NCBI GenBank assembly: GCA_000002435.2
Contig: CM018792.1
Length of the DNA stretch: 64,000 bases
DNA from: Giardia intestinalis
Lineage: Eukaryota
Direction: 5' to 3' (one strand)
Positions 39,133-48,525 of this stretch are shown here, piece after piece (the stretch's first letter is position 1; every line of letters starts with the position of its first letter). A model generated the notes under the pieces. It searched no databases. It worked only from the letters and a program-made list of their open reading frames with translations, and was not told the origin of the DNA. The position numbers were made by a program, and so were the translations under genes.

Positions 39133-40818
39133 GTGGCTAGGATCGAAGGGTATTCTCCTGAGCTTCAGGATAAGCTGCTGCGAGCAGTTTCTGTGGCACG
39201 GATATCTAGAAGCACCATCCAGCGACGTGGAATGAAGCAATATGCCCTCCATAAGGAACTGGTTCAGAAAGCAGTAGAAGGTGCAGACGGATATAGTATC
39301 ATTTTAGGAATAGTGTCATGTGGAGAGGGGCTGCGTCTTCTTGTAGCAATGAATTGTCTTTGGCCAGGAGCTGGCTCAATTCAAACCCTATTGTGTGGTC
39401 TTCCTAGCCTCCCGCCTTGTCCGGAATCAAGGGATATATTACGTGCACTCTTTCAAAGCATAGGTGCAGCGGATTGCATGCCAGATATGGCCCAACGACA
39501 CCATACTTTTCTTCATAAACTGACCTTGATATCTATTTATGAAAGCTCTAATTTGAAATACGATGAGGTTAAGCAAGCATTAAGGAAAGCAAGACAGGAC
39601 GTTGTGGAAGATGTGCCTCTCCCAGTCTTTAAGGTTATCTTATTTCCTCAACTTTCCTTTCTTAGAGACGCTTTAAGTGTGCACTGTGATTTGTTTACCG
39701 TCGTCACCGTACTCTTAGAGAGCTTGGTTGACACTGCACCAGATGGATGGCATCTTGATGCTGCGGAAGCTGATTGCTCCACTAATGCCTTTAACTTTGA
39801 TAGTGGCGAGGTCAAAGAGGATCGTTTATGGGGTGAAATGCGCACTCTAATCACTAAGTTTTCTGAAGCACAACATCAGCTGGATTATTTGTCGTTGATT
39901 GATCTGAAGGCAATCTTAAGATTGATTCGGGAGCATAAAGAAACACTCATTCACACAATGATGGCCGTATCCGTGACTAATCCTCTGTCGCAGCAATGCA
40001 TACCTAGTCTTACTGACTCCAAGTGGCTCCAACATGCACACTTTATAGAGGGCCTTGTAACGCTGTTAGCTCCGTTTGAAAGCATGCTGACCGCACCGAA
40101 TGCATGCGCCTTTGATGTATATGCCCACCTTGATAGACTTCGCTCGATTCTCCGTGACGCTCGCGACATGCTGCCATGTGCTGTACCCGACTTTCTATCC
40201 ATGGATCGGAAGTGTGCCAGAGCGCTCCACAGCGATAATATAGCGCCAGAAGAGGCGCATTTTTACTTTACTATACTGTCAATCTACATAGATGAGATAG
40301 ACTCAATCCTGGATTGCTACTCTCCATATGTTTCCGGCTTCAAGTTATGCACATTCACGCTAGGCACTGTCACTCTTAGCGAGATAACAAGCAGCTTAAG
40401 TAGCCTTCCCTGCAAACTAACCAACTTAGCCCAGATAGCGGAGGAATATTATTTTATATACCAATCCGAACAGATTGCAGATTGCCTTAGTACACTACAA
40501 AGTGTCAACCGATGTGAAGATGTATATGAGCATTGGAAGACTCTTGTTACTTTCTGGTCTAGGTTGTTACGTGAGTACTCATTGGCTAGCAGGCTTATGT
40601 TACTTCTGCTGACCGCATTTTCCACCCCGGCCATCTTCCTTGCTTCGAAGACTGTAATAAGCAGCGCTTTGTCTGCCCAGCGGTCCTGTCTAACAGAAGC
40701 GAACTCAGAGGCTGCTCTTCTTTTGCATCTAAAACATGGCTTCATAGTAAAAACATTGTTCAAATTTATATTAAAACAGCCAATTGGAGGCGGCTTACTT
40801 AGAGATGGAGCCGAATAG
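39133..40818 (+). CDS. Hypothetical protein. The frame continues upstream to 38917 through one in-frame TAG at 39106-39108; the first downstream ATG is at 39232.
   Basis: The track ORF 38917..39108 (63 aa, ATG start) and ORF 39133..40818 (GTG start) are in the same frame, separated only by TAG. No family was recognised. Confidence 0.45.
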   Translation: MARIEGYSPELQDKLLRAVSVARISRSTIQRRGMKQYALHKELVQKAVEGADGYSIILGIVSCGEGLRLLVAMNCLWPGAGSIQTLLCGLPSLPPCPESRDILRALFQSIGAADCMPDMAQRHHTFLHKLTLISIYESSNLKYDEVKQALRKARQDVVEDVPLPVFKVILFPQLSFLRDALSVHCDLFTVVTVLLESLVDTAPDGWHLDAAEADCSTNAFNFDSGEVKEDRLWGEMRTLITKFSEAQHQLDYLSLIDLKAILRLIREHKETLIHTMMAVSVTNPLSQQCIPSLTDSKWLQHAHFIEGLVTLLAPFESMLTAPNACAFDVYAHLDRLRSILRDARDMLPCAVPDFLSMDRKCARALHSDNIAPEEAHFYFTILSIYIDEIDSILDCYSPYVSGFKLCTFTLGTVTLSEITSSLSSLPCKLTNLAQIAEEYYFIYQSEQIADCLSTLQSVNRCEDVYEHWKTLVTFWSRLLREYSLASRLMLLLLTAFSTPAIFLASKTVISSALSAQRSCLTEANSEAALLLHLKHGFIVKTLFKFILKQPIGGGLLRDGAE

Positions 40819-43800
40819 GCGCTTGCGATACTTCAGGTCTGAAATACCACAGCCCGTCACGGAGCACCGCTTTCCCAAGCGCGTGGAGAAGCTTGTTTTC
40901 TCAGTGTTGTCATCGAATGCCCTCATGAAGTTGTCCGAGGTTCAAATCACAACACCGATTCTTTACGAGCACTACCCCTCCCCAGCAACCAACGGGGTGC
41001 TGGACAAAAGGCTTGGTCTATCGGACAAAGTTGGAAAGTGCGCGACTTGCGGCAAGGACACGAAAATGTGCATAGGACACTTTGGAACAATTTCCCTGGC
41101 CCTTCCTGTCTTCCATCCTGGCCTAATCAACGATGCAAGAACTATGCTCTCTATTGTCTGTCCGTTTTGCAGCCGCGTAAAGATCTCTGAAGCCGACAGA
41201 CTCAAGTACAAGGTTCTAAACCACAAGTTTTCTCTTGCCATTGTCAAAGAAGCCCAGGAGCAGGCGAAGAAGCAGGTGAACTGCCCGTTCTGCCATGCCC
41301 CAAGCACAATTTGCAAGAAATCACAGGGATTCCGGGTTCTAAGAGAGATGCATTACGAAGAGCGTGCTACTAAGATTCTTGCAGACGTCATCAAGCACCA
41401 GAAGGATATTGAAAAGATCCAAGAGCTTGACCAGCGGCTTCGGAATCACGTTGTGGATCCAATACAAGCACTTCACATCCTCCAGAAGGTTCCCGAGTGC
41501 GACTATCCCTACCTAGGAATACCCTGGCAGTCAAGAAACGTGTATGCGTCCCAGCAAACCCCTGATTCTATTGCCAGCAATGACGCTAGCCAGTTATTTT
41601 CCAGAGGCTCGTCCAAGCTACTCGCAAGAACGGCGAGTCGCTTTATTGCACAGCATCAGGGGATAAGCGATCGTGCCACACGTTTAACATCTCATGCCTT
41701 CCTGACCAGGCCTCAAGACGTTATTTTGACTCATATCCCTGTGCCTCCGTCTTGCCTCCGCCCCTCTGTACAATCAGGGTCTGGTGCTGGAACAACAGAA
41801 GACAACCTCACTTCCCACCTTGTTCGCATTTTAACCATTAACGACAAACTGAAGGAAGCGATGGTCTCCGGGGCCGTAGCAACCTCAAAAGTGTATGCAA
41901 AATGGGATCAGCTTAATATGGACGTTTCTCTACTATATATAGGGAAAATCCCAGGCGGCGTGCAGCCTGTGAAGAATAAGACGGATTCTGGCACCAAAGA
42001 GGGAACGGGGATTATTGATAGGCTGAAGGGAAAAGCAGGAAGATTTAGGTCTAACCTCAGCGGAAAACGGGTCAACTTCAGTGGGAGGACTGTCATTTCT
42101 CCAAACCCATACCTTTCTATGCAGCAGGTGGCAATTCCCCGCCTCATCGCCCAAAACCTTACCTTTCCAGAGATAGTAACGTCTCGGAATATTCGCTTTT
42201 TACGTGAGCTTATTCTTAATGGGAAGACCTATCCGGGAGCCAATGAAGTTCTTCTATTGAACGACACCATTAGATACAATCCAGCACTCAAGCGGCTCGG
42301 AATTGACGTGAAGCAAAGCCGAGATATGGAGGCAAAGGCTATGGAACTGGTTTCGCGCTGTGTTGACACGTTTAATCTCAATTCGCTTTGTGCAGACCTC
42401 CCAGAGCTCCAGGCTGCCATTCAGCACCTTGTTAGCGAGTCCAGTAACGCAATAAATAGTGAGCTCAAGGCAGAAGATCTGCCACAGAACCAGCCGCTTT
42501 TTGCCAAGGAGGTGTATGATCCAGCACAGAAAGGTGAATCAAACAATATAGACAACAACGTTTGTGAGATAGATGAGCTGAAGCTTGAAGACACAGCTGA
42601 TTATCAGGTAGGTGAGTCAGCTGGCCAAGCTTCAACTGTTGCAGTCGAGCAGCCACCGGAGTCAAGGACCGTTCTAAAATTGAACTCAATCGCATCGTTG
42701 CAGCTTACCAACGCGTCGTCACAGCACCTATCGACCTTCAAATTAAACACTGTTTCTCTGCTCCAAAAAGATCGCCGTGGGCGCCAGGCTATTGCCAATA
42801 GTCTCAGGCCCAACGACATAGTTTATCGGCATTTGCTTCCCAACGATACTTTACTCTTTAACCGTCAGCCGTCCCTTCACAGAATGTCAATCATGCAATT
42901 TAATGCAGTTATACACGAAAACCGTACTTTTTCTTTCAATCCAGTTGTCTGCTCTCCATTTAATGCAGATTTCGACGGGGACGAGATGAATATCTTTTAC
43001 ATGCAAGGCCAGGAGGCGCGTGCTGAAGCGGGGATCCTCATGGGCTCTCACGAAAACATTATTTCGCCACGACATGGAGAATGCATGATTGGGCTCACGC
43101 AGGATTTTCTAACAGGAATCTACCTTCTCAGCGGCAAGGGCATCTTCATGACACGCCAAGAGTACTGCCAGCATGTGTCCTATGGCTGTGATGGCTTTGG
43201 GGATGCCACATATGGTGTTAGTTTGTACAACTATGGTCGCGAGTTCATTAAAAGCATTCATGACAGGAGAGGTACAGAGGAAGACACCGTTGGGTTTGTT
43301 AAGGTCCCCTGTCTTTCACAGCCATGCATAGTGTACCCTCGACAGCTCTATAGCGGAAAGCAGGTGCTCTCTGTTCTCATGAAGGGAAACGATTTTGACT
43401 CTGTGAACATCAATCTAGAGCACGGTGACAAGACATACAAGAAAGACAGTGACAGGCGTGCACTCTCCGTCAACGATGACTATATCATCATCCAGAATTC
43501 AGAGCACCTCGTAGGGCGTCTCACCAAAACGTTCTTGGCATCGTCCAAGAATTGCATATTCTATTTTTTGGTACAGAACTATGGTCCTGTTTCAGCAGCT
43601 CGCATCATGCTCCGCTTCGCCAAGGTGGCTGCTAGATTTCTTATGAACTATGGCTTCACCATAGGCATAGATGATGTAATGCCATCCCAGCGAGTGCTGG
43701 GTAAGAAGGAGGTAATAGTTCAGGAAGGTTATGAGAAGGCGCAGGAAAAGATCCGTGACTACGAAAGCGGAAAGCTAGAGGCTATACCTGGGTCTACTGT

Positions 43801-46030
43801 GCAAGAGACGCTTGAAGCAACACTTAATCAGATCCTGTCCAACGTCCGCGAGTCCTGCGCCCAAATAGCTCTCAAGGAGCTTCACTTCACCAATAAGCCT
43901 CTCATCATGTCACTCTGTGGGAGCAAGGGAAGCCCCATCAACATCGCCCAGATGATTATTATTCTTGGACAACAATCCTTTGGAGGATCTAGGGCGCCTG
44001 ATGACTTCTACACTCGCTCAACTCCATATTTCTATCATTATTCAAAAGAGCCGAACGCAAAAGGGTTTATCCTGAACAGCTTTTATACTGGCTTGCTTCC
44101 ATTTGAATTCTTAGCGCACGCACGAGCAGGCCGAGATGGGGTCATTGACTCTGCCTGCAAAACAGCAGATACAGGGTATTTGCAGCGACGGCTTGTTAAG
44201 TGTCTAGAGGATCTTAGTGTGTCATATGATTTTACCGTGCGCAACAGCAAGAAGAGCGTGGTGCAATTCCGGTTTGGACACGATGGGTTTGATCCAATAA
44301 AGCTCGAAGTTGGGACTGGGCAGTGCTTCGATCTAGACACTTTGCTCAGACATATAATCTTGCTTAACAGATCACAAGATCTGGCCGAGGGGGCCTTCCC
44401 TGTTCTTCTGGATCGGTACAAGGCAGAGGCAGAGCTAGACGTCCTCCTGAACAAAGACTTTTACGGCCAGGAGGCTTGTTTGATTGAAAGAAGCAATGTC
44501 ACTAGCTATTTCCAGCAGAGCATATTGCCAAAATTAACTACGAACACACACATCGCCACTACTGTGGCCCCAGCACTTGCAGCATCATTCCTCCAAACAA
44601 CCCTTACCAAAAAGGACATAGATGATTTTCTAAGGCAGGTTCGGCGAAAGTACATTCGCCTGAATCTGGAACCGGGATCTCCATGCGGTGCGGTGGCCGC
44701 CCAGTCAGTCGGGGAGCCCTCCACTCAGATGACACTGAAGTCATTTCACCACGCAGGCTTAGCTTCCATGAACATAACGCAAGGGGTCCCACGGCTGAAA
44801 GAAATTGTCGATGGTGTGGTAAAGATATCCACACCAATCACAACCGTGGAGCTCCATGTAGATGTAGATAAGGAGGAACTGGCAGCAACGGTGACAGAAA
44901 AATATCTTGAAAAAGCGCGCATGATGAAGAACATCATCGAATGCACGTACCTTGGCCAGATATCTGCATCCATTATCGAGTGCTACAGCCAATCAGTTTG
45001 CCACATTGAAGTCAATTTGGATATGAAAATAATCGCAGACATGGGGCTTGCTGGGATCATAACGGTAGAGACGGTGGTAGCGTCCATCTTACACAACGAT
45101 AAGGCGAAAAAGCTAGTAGGACAGGACCAATCTTCTGGATCGGTAAGCATACACAGTGCCACAAGGTTCTCTGTCCGCCCCTTGACGCAGTCCAGAGACG
45201 ACTTGCTCTTCGACATTCAGAGCTTGAAGTTACTCCTTCCAATGATACCCGTTTCTGGCATATCTACTTGTAGTCGCGCGGTGATCAATGAGTATAAAGA
45301 GTTCTGCCAAGGCGCCACAAGCAGTGCACCGCTAACTAAGTACAATCTCCTTGTGGAGGGTATTGGGTTACAAAACATCCTAAATGTCAGTGGAATTGAC
45401 TTTACACGCACTCTGTCCAATAATATCGTAGAGGTAGCAAATACTCTTGGGATAGAGGCTGCAGTGGCCACAATATCCAACGAGATAAAGGCCTGTATGG
45501 ATAGCCATGGTATGGCCGTAGATATGCGACATATCCGCCTTCTTGCAGACATTATGTGCTTCAGGGGCCGAGTGCTAGGCTTTACAAGGTTTGGCTTGAC
45601 AAAGATGAAGGCCGATTCCGTAATCATGCTTGCAAGCTTCGAAAAGACTGGTGAGCACCTGTTTAATGCTGCACTAGGGAATAAGGTTGACGAAGCAAAC
45701 GGTGTTACAGAGTCTATCATACTAGGGAAACCGATGAGTATGGGAACAGGATCATTCTCGCTATTGCAGGCACCGTACTTTGATGAAAAAACGGGCAAGA
45801 CGATTGAGTACCAGCCTAAGCAGACAACCCGCTTTCTAGGGGAGGTCCTAAATAAACAGTACGATGAAGAGGTGGACGCTATAGTTAACGCGTTTTGGTA
45901 CGACGAAAAGCTTTATCTAACGGGTGCGGAGGCTAAGGCAAAGCTTCTTCGTGGAAGGCGGCATGCAAATAAGCGCTCCTGGTCGCGGGGAAAAGAAAGA
46001 CACGCTAGTTTGAAGCCAAAGAATCGATAA
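40805..46030 (+). CDS. RPC1: DNA-directed RNA polymerase III largest subunit (RPC1/C160 ortholog).
   Basis: The clamp zinc motif is CATCGKDTKMCIGHFG...LALPVFH. The catalytic motif NADFDGDEMN is at about 42962-42991. Blocks nearly identical to Pol III C160 include YGPVSAARIMLRFAKVAARFLMNYGFTIGIDDV, LCGSKGSPINIAQM...GFILNSFYTGL and RFGLTKMKADSVIMLASFEKTGEHLF. There is no heptad CTD. The track start is a TTG; the first ATG is at 40805. Confidence 0.8.
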   Translation: MEPNRRLRYFRSEIPQPVTEHRFPKRVEKLVFSVLSSNALMKLSEVQITTPILYEHYPSPATNGVLDKRLGLSDKVGKCATCGKDTKMCIGHFGTISLALPVFHPGLINDARTMLSIVCPFCSRVKISEADRLKYKVLNHKFSLAIVKEAQEQAKKQVNCPFCHAPSTICKKSQGFRVLREMHYEERATKILADVIKHQKDIEKIQELDQRLRNHVVDPIQALHILQKVPECDYPYLGIPWQSRNVYASQQTPDSIASNDASQLFSRGSSKLLARTASRFIAQHQGISDRATRLTSHAFLTRPQDVILTHIPVPPSCLRPSVQSGSGAGTTEDNLTSHLVRILTINDKLKEAMVSGAVATSKVYAKWDQLNMDVSLLYIGKIPGGVQPVKNKTDSGTKEGTGIIDRLKGKAGRFRSNLSGKRVNFSGRTVISPNPYLSMQQVAIPRLIAQNLTFPEIVTSRNIRFLRELILNGKTYPGANEVLLLNDTIRYNPALKRLGIDVKQSRDMEAKAMELVSRCVDTFNLNSLCADLPELQAAIQHLVSESSNAINSELKAEDLPQNQPLFAKEVYDPAQKGESNNIDNNVCEIDELKLEDTADYQVGESAGQASTVAVEQPPESRTVLKLNSIASLQLTNASSQHLSTFKLNTVSLLQKDRRGRQAIANSLRPNDIVYRHLLPNDTLLFNRQPSLHRMSIMQFNAVIHENRTFSFNPVVCSPFNADFDGDEMNIFYMQGQEARAEAGILMGSHENIISPRHGECMIGLTQDFLTGIYLLSGKGIFMTRQEYCQHVSYGCDGFGDATYGVSLYNYGREFIKSIHDRRGTEEDTVGFVKVPCLSQPCIVYPRQLYSGKQVLSVLMKGNDFDSVNINLEHGDKTYKKDSDRRALSVNDDYIIIQNSEHLVGRLTKTFLASSKNCIFYFLVQNYGPVSAARIMLRFAKVAARFLMNYGFTIGIDDVMPSQRVLGKKEVIVQEGYEKAQEKIRDYESGKLEAIPGSTVQETLEATLNQILSNVRESCAQIALKELHFTNKPLIMSLCGSKGSPINIAQMIIILGQQSFGGSRAPDDFYTRSTPYFYHYSKEPNAKGFILNSFYTGLLPFEFLAHARAGRDGVIDSACKTADTGYLQRRLVKCLEDLSVSYDFTVRNSKKSVVQFRFGHDGFDPIKLEVGTGQCFDLDTLLRHIILLNRSQDLAEGAFPVLLDRYKAEAELDVLLNKDFYGQEACLIERSNVTSYFQQSILPKLTTNTHIATTVAPALAASFLQTTLTKKDIDDFLRQVRRKYIRLNLEPGSPCGAVAAQSVGEPSTQMTLKSFHHAGLASMNITQGVPRLKEIVDGVVKISTPITTVELHVDVDKEELAATVTEKYLEKARMMKNIIECTYLGQISASIIECYSQSVCHIEVNLDMKIIADMGLAGIITVETVVASILHNDKAKKLVGQDQSSGSVSIHSATRFSVRPLTQSRDDLLFDIQSLKLLLPMIPVSGISTCSRAVINEYKEFCQGATSSAPLTKYNLLVEGIGLQNILNVSGIDFTRTLSNNIVEVANTLGIEAAVATISNEIKACMDSHGMAVDMRHIRLLADIMCFRGRVLGFTRFGLTKMKADSVIMLASFEKTGEHLFNAALGNKVDEANGVTESIILGKPMSMGTGSFSLLQAPYFDEKTGKTIEYQPKQTTRFLGEVLNKQYDEEVDAIVNAFWYDEKLYLTGAEAKAKLLRGRRHANKRSWSRGKERHASLKPKNR

Positions 46031-48041
46031 TATTGCGTTTCTGTTCATCACTTAAGCTACACGTGCACAGAATCTTTTCTGCGTGAGCAACTGTAACTCT
46101 CTCGTATGGAAGAAGCCTTGTGATCACGTCTATGTGCCCCTTCTTGAGGGCGAGCTCTATGGCAAGTTCACCGCTCTTTGATCGCATCCCTGCTTCCCTG
46201 GTCGCCAAAGCTGCCACACACTCCGGCTTGTTGTGTATAGCAGCCAGAATGAGAGCTGTATAGCCAGACTTATTAGCCATTCCTCCCTCTTCCTCCAGTA
46301 AGCAGTGGACAACGTGTGGATGGCCGCCCATGGCTGCTGCCATGAGTGCTGTTTTAAAGCTGTGTGTGTCACGATAGCGAGCCTCGTACGGCAGGAGAAT
46401 CTGAACAACCTCCTTATATCCATGGTATGCCGCAATCATCATTGCAGTGGCATTTTCAAAGCTAAGTCCATAGAAAACCCTGCTCTGCATGCGCATTCCG
46501 GCCTCATACTTGGCCAAATAGCGAACGCTTTCTACATTATTACAGCGAGCCGCAAGCATTAACGCAGACATGGATTGGCAGTTGAGCCTTCCCAAGAATC
46601 TATGGAAGAGCCCTAGGCTCTTATATTTGTTATGATAAGCTAGCTCATGGAGAGGAGTGTTGCCGCTATCATCTGAAATTGTCTCTAGGGGCACCAGTAT
46701 CCTGTAAGCGTCTTGGTTGTTAAACTTGATGGCATAGTTAATAGCAGCGAGCCCATCGAGGTCGCGAAGGCCGGATTCTATGGACACTAGCAACTGCACC
46801 GCCTGCGAGTCCCCTACTATAACTGCCATCATCAATGCAGTAAGGTTTCTGTGGGTCAATCGCAAGTGGTGACTGTCGACCAAGTTTTGCAGTAGGTCAC
46901 GGCGTTCAGGACTATGAAAGTAGGCAGAGTCATAGTCATATCTCATGATATGCATCATAAGCTCTGTGTACCCTGCAAAGCTTAGAGCCAGGCGTTCTAG
47001 AGGTAGCAATGCTCTGACTAGCTCCAACCTACCTGATAAAAGAGCATGCTCAGTGGCACAGCACCCATGCATATCAACATGCCCCGCCTCACACGCTGCT
47101 AGCGCGTAGCAAGAACAATAGTTTCCGTTGGTCACTGCTTCCATCAGGGCTGTAGTACCGCGATCGGTCTTAACTCCAGCATCGAAAAGTCTGCGAAGGA
47201 GCACGTTACAAACATCATCATTTGTAGCAGCTTCTATTAACTGTGTCTTGTGCTTCTGCGGAAAGTCGCTCATATGCAGATGCAGACAGAGTCGCTTATA
47301 CCGCTCTTCCACAGTCCTTGCTGCTTTAAGCTCAAGCAGACCAGTTCTTTCAGCGGAGCTGTGCTCCATTGCTAGACATATCTCCTGCACAACAACTTTC
47401 GGGAGCTTGGTGAAGGAAACAAGGGCTAAGTAGTTATCTCGTCGGTCCGATGAGTAAACCTCCGGATACGGACCAGAAAGAGCTACGCTGAAAACTGTTG
47501 CAGCTACAATCCAGGGCACGGTGTCTGGACAGAAAAAATCTCTAGAGGATACATCGAGAGGTGCATTATCTGCCTCAATTCCCAACTCGGTCAGCATTTG
47601 GAGAGTCGCCAAAGAGGCAGAGCAGTCACCTGGGCCTGTCCAATTCCTAAAGCACAATCGGAAGACGATTCTCCCTATCCTGGTAACATACATTTTAGAA
47701 AGACAAAAGAGCCTGGTAAACACGTCATGCTGCCATTCTTCGGGGACGCTTTCTACCAGATAATTAGCGAGAATGACGAGTTGACAAAACAAGTCTTCGA
47801 CAAACGCGGAGTCCGGAGGCTCACAGATGTTAATGCACGTTTTACAATACTCCGCGAGAGACTGCTCCCCGCCCCACATGCACGAAACAACAATACAGCT
47901 ACTCCCAGCCTCGTCATCTAGCACGTCTTGAATCGGCACCAGGTGGCAGCATCGTAGCCTACCAAGGCATGAGATAGCCTCCATGAATGCATCCAGTGAT
48001 GTGTCTGTCATGTGATGATAAGAGCTTATCTCCCCCCACAT
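46005..48041 (-). CDS. Ankyrin-repeat protein (Protein 21.1 family).
   Basis: The C-terminal half contains at least eight ankyrin units (TALMAAAMGGHPHVVHCLL, TALILAAIHNKPECVAAL, ...). The N-terminal ~250 aa are non-repeat. It overlaps the Pol III 3' end by 26 nt. The track start is a TTG; the first ATG is at 48041. Confidence 0.7.
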   Translation of the reverse strand: MWGEISSYHHMTDTSLDAFMEAISCLGRLRCCHLVPIQDVLDDEAGSSCIVVSCMWGGEQSLAEYCKTCINICEPPDSAFVEDLFCQLVILANYLVESVPEEWQHDVFTRLFCLSKMYVTRIGRIVFRLCFRNWTGPGDCSASLATLQMLTELGIEADNAPLDVSSRDFFCPDTVPWIVAATVFSVALSGPYPEVYSSDRRDNYLALVSFTKLPKVVVQEICLAMEHSSAERTGLLELKAARTVEERYKRLCLHLHMSDFPQKHKTQLIEAATNDDVCNVLLRRLFDAGVKTDRGTTALMEAVTNGNYCSCYALAACEAGHVDMHGCCATEHALLSGRLELVRALLPLERLALSFAGYTELMMHIMRYDYDSAYFHSPERRDLLQNLVDSHHLRLTHRNLTALMMAVIVGDSQAVQLLVSIESGLRDLDGLAAINYAIKFNNQDAYRILVPLETISDDSGNTPLHELAYHNKYKSLGLFHRFLGRLNCQSMSALMLAARCNNVESVRYLAKYEAGMRMQSRVFYGLSFENATAMMIAAYHGYKEVVQILLPYEARYRDTHSFKTALMAAAMGGHPHVVHCLLEEEGGMANKSGYTALILAAIHNKPECVAALATREAGMRSKSGELAIELALKKGHIDVITRLLPYERVTVAHAEKILCTCSLSDEQKRNIIDSLASN

Positions 48042-48281
48042 AGGCGCACCTGTCACCCGAGAGAGGAGGACGCACGATCCTTCTTCCGGGCCACTCAAAA
48101 TAAGCACATAGCTCTCCAAAGGAGAGACTCTTTTGATCGTCTCCCCCCTTGCTTCTGCAGTGCGACTTACGGCAGGCTCCAGTGCTGAGGGATGAAGAGA
48201 CTACAATCAACACCCAGTGGCAAAAATAAACGATATTAATTTCACTTTTGTAACTCAAAAAGACACCCTCTCGAACTAGCA

Positions 48282-48476
48282 ATGCCTGAGCCAATAAATG
48301 CGCGTGTGATCGAAGTCCTGGGAAGGACGAGCTCCCGCGGAGGAATAACACAGGTGAAGGTTGAATTCATGACAGGGGAGAAGCGCCAGATCATCCGTAA
48401 CGTTATAGGGCCGGTTAGGAAGGATGACATCCTTGTGTTGATGGAGTCGGAGCGTGAAGCGCGCCGCCTCAGGTAA
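48282..48476 (+). CDS. RPS28: 40S ribosomal protein eS28.
   Basis: [24 protein letters not shown]...[28 protein letters not shown] is near-identical to the eS28 consensus. The 64 aa size fits. Confidence 0.9.
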   Translation: MPEPINARVIEVLGRTSSRGGITQVKVEFMTGEKRQIIRNVIGPVRKDDILVLMESEREARRLR

Positions 48477-48505
48477 ATGGCTGGGCATGCAGAGATCAAA
48501 GTTAA

Positions 48506-48512
48506 AGTAAAC
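48506..48512 (+). promoter_or_regulatory. Putative polyadenylation signal AGTAAAC, 30 nt after the eS28 stop codon.
   Basis: Matches the Giardia AGTRAAY consensus. Seen directly in the sequence. Confidence 0.35.
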
Positions 48513-48525
48513 TGAGCCCAGCCGA

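Noticed and set aside
38981-39235. ORF 38981..39235 (+) overlapping the junction of the TAG-interrupted frame
   Set aside because: It is in a different frame, short, and has no features. The same-frame continuity of 38917..40818 is the more parsimonious reading.
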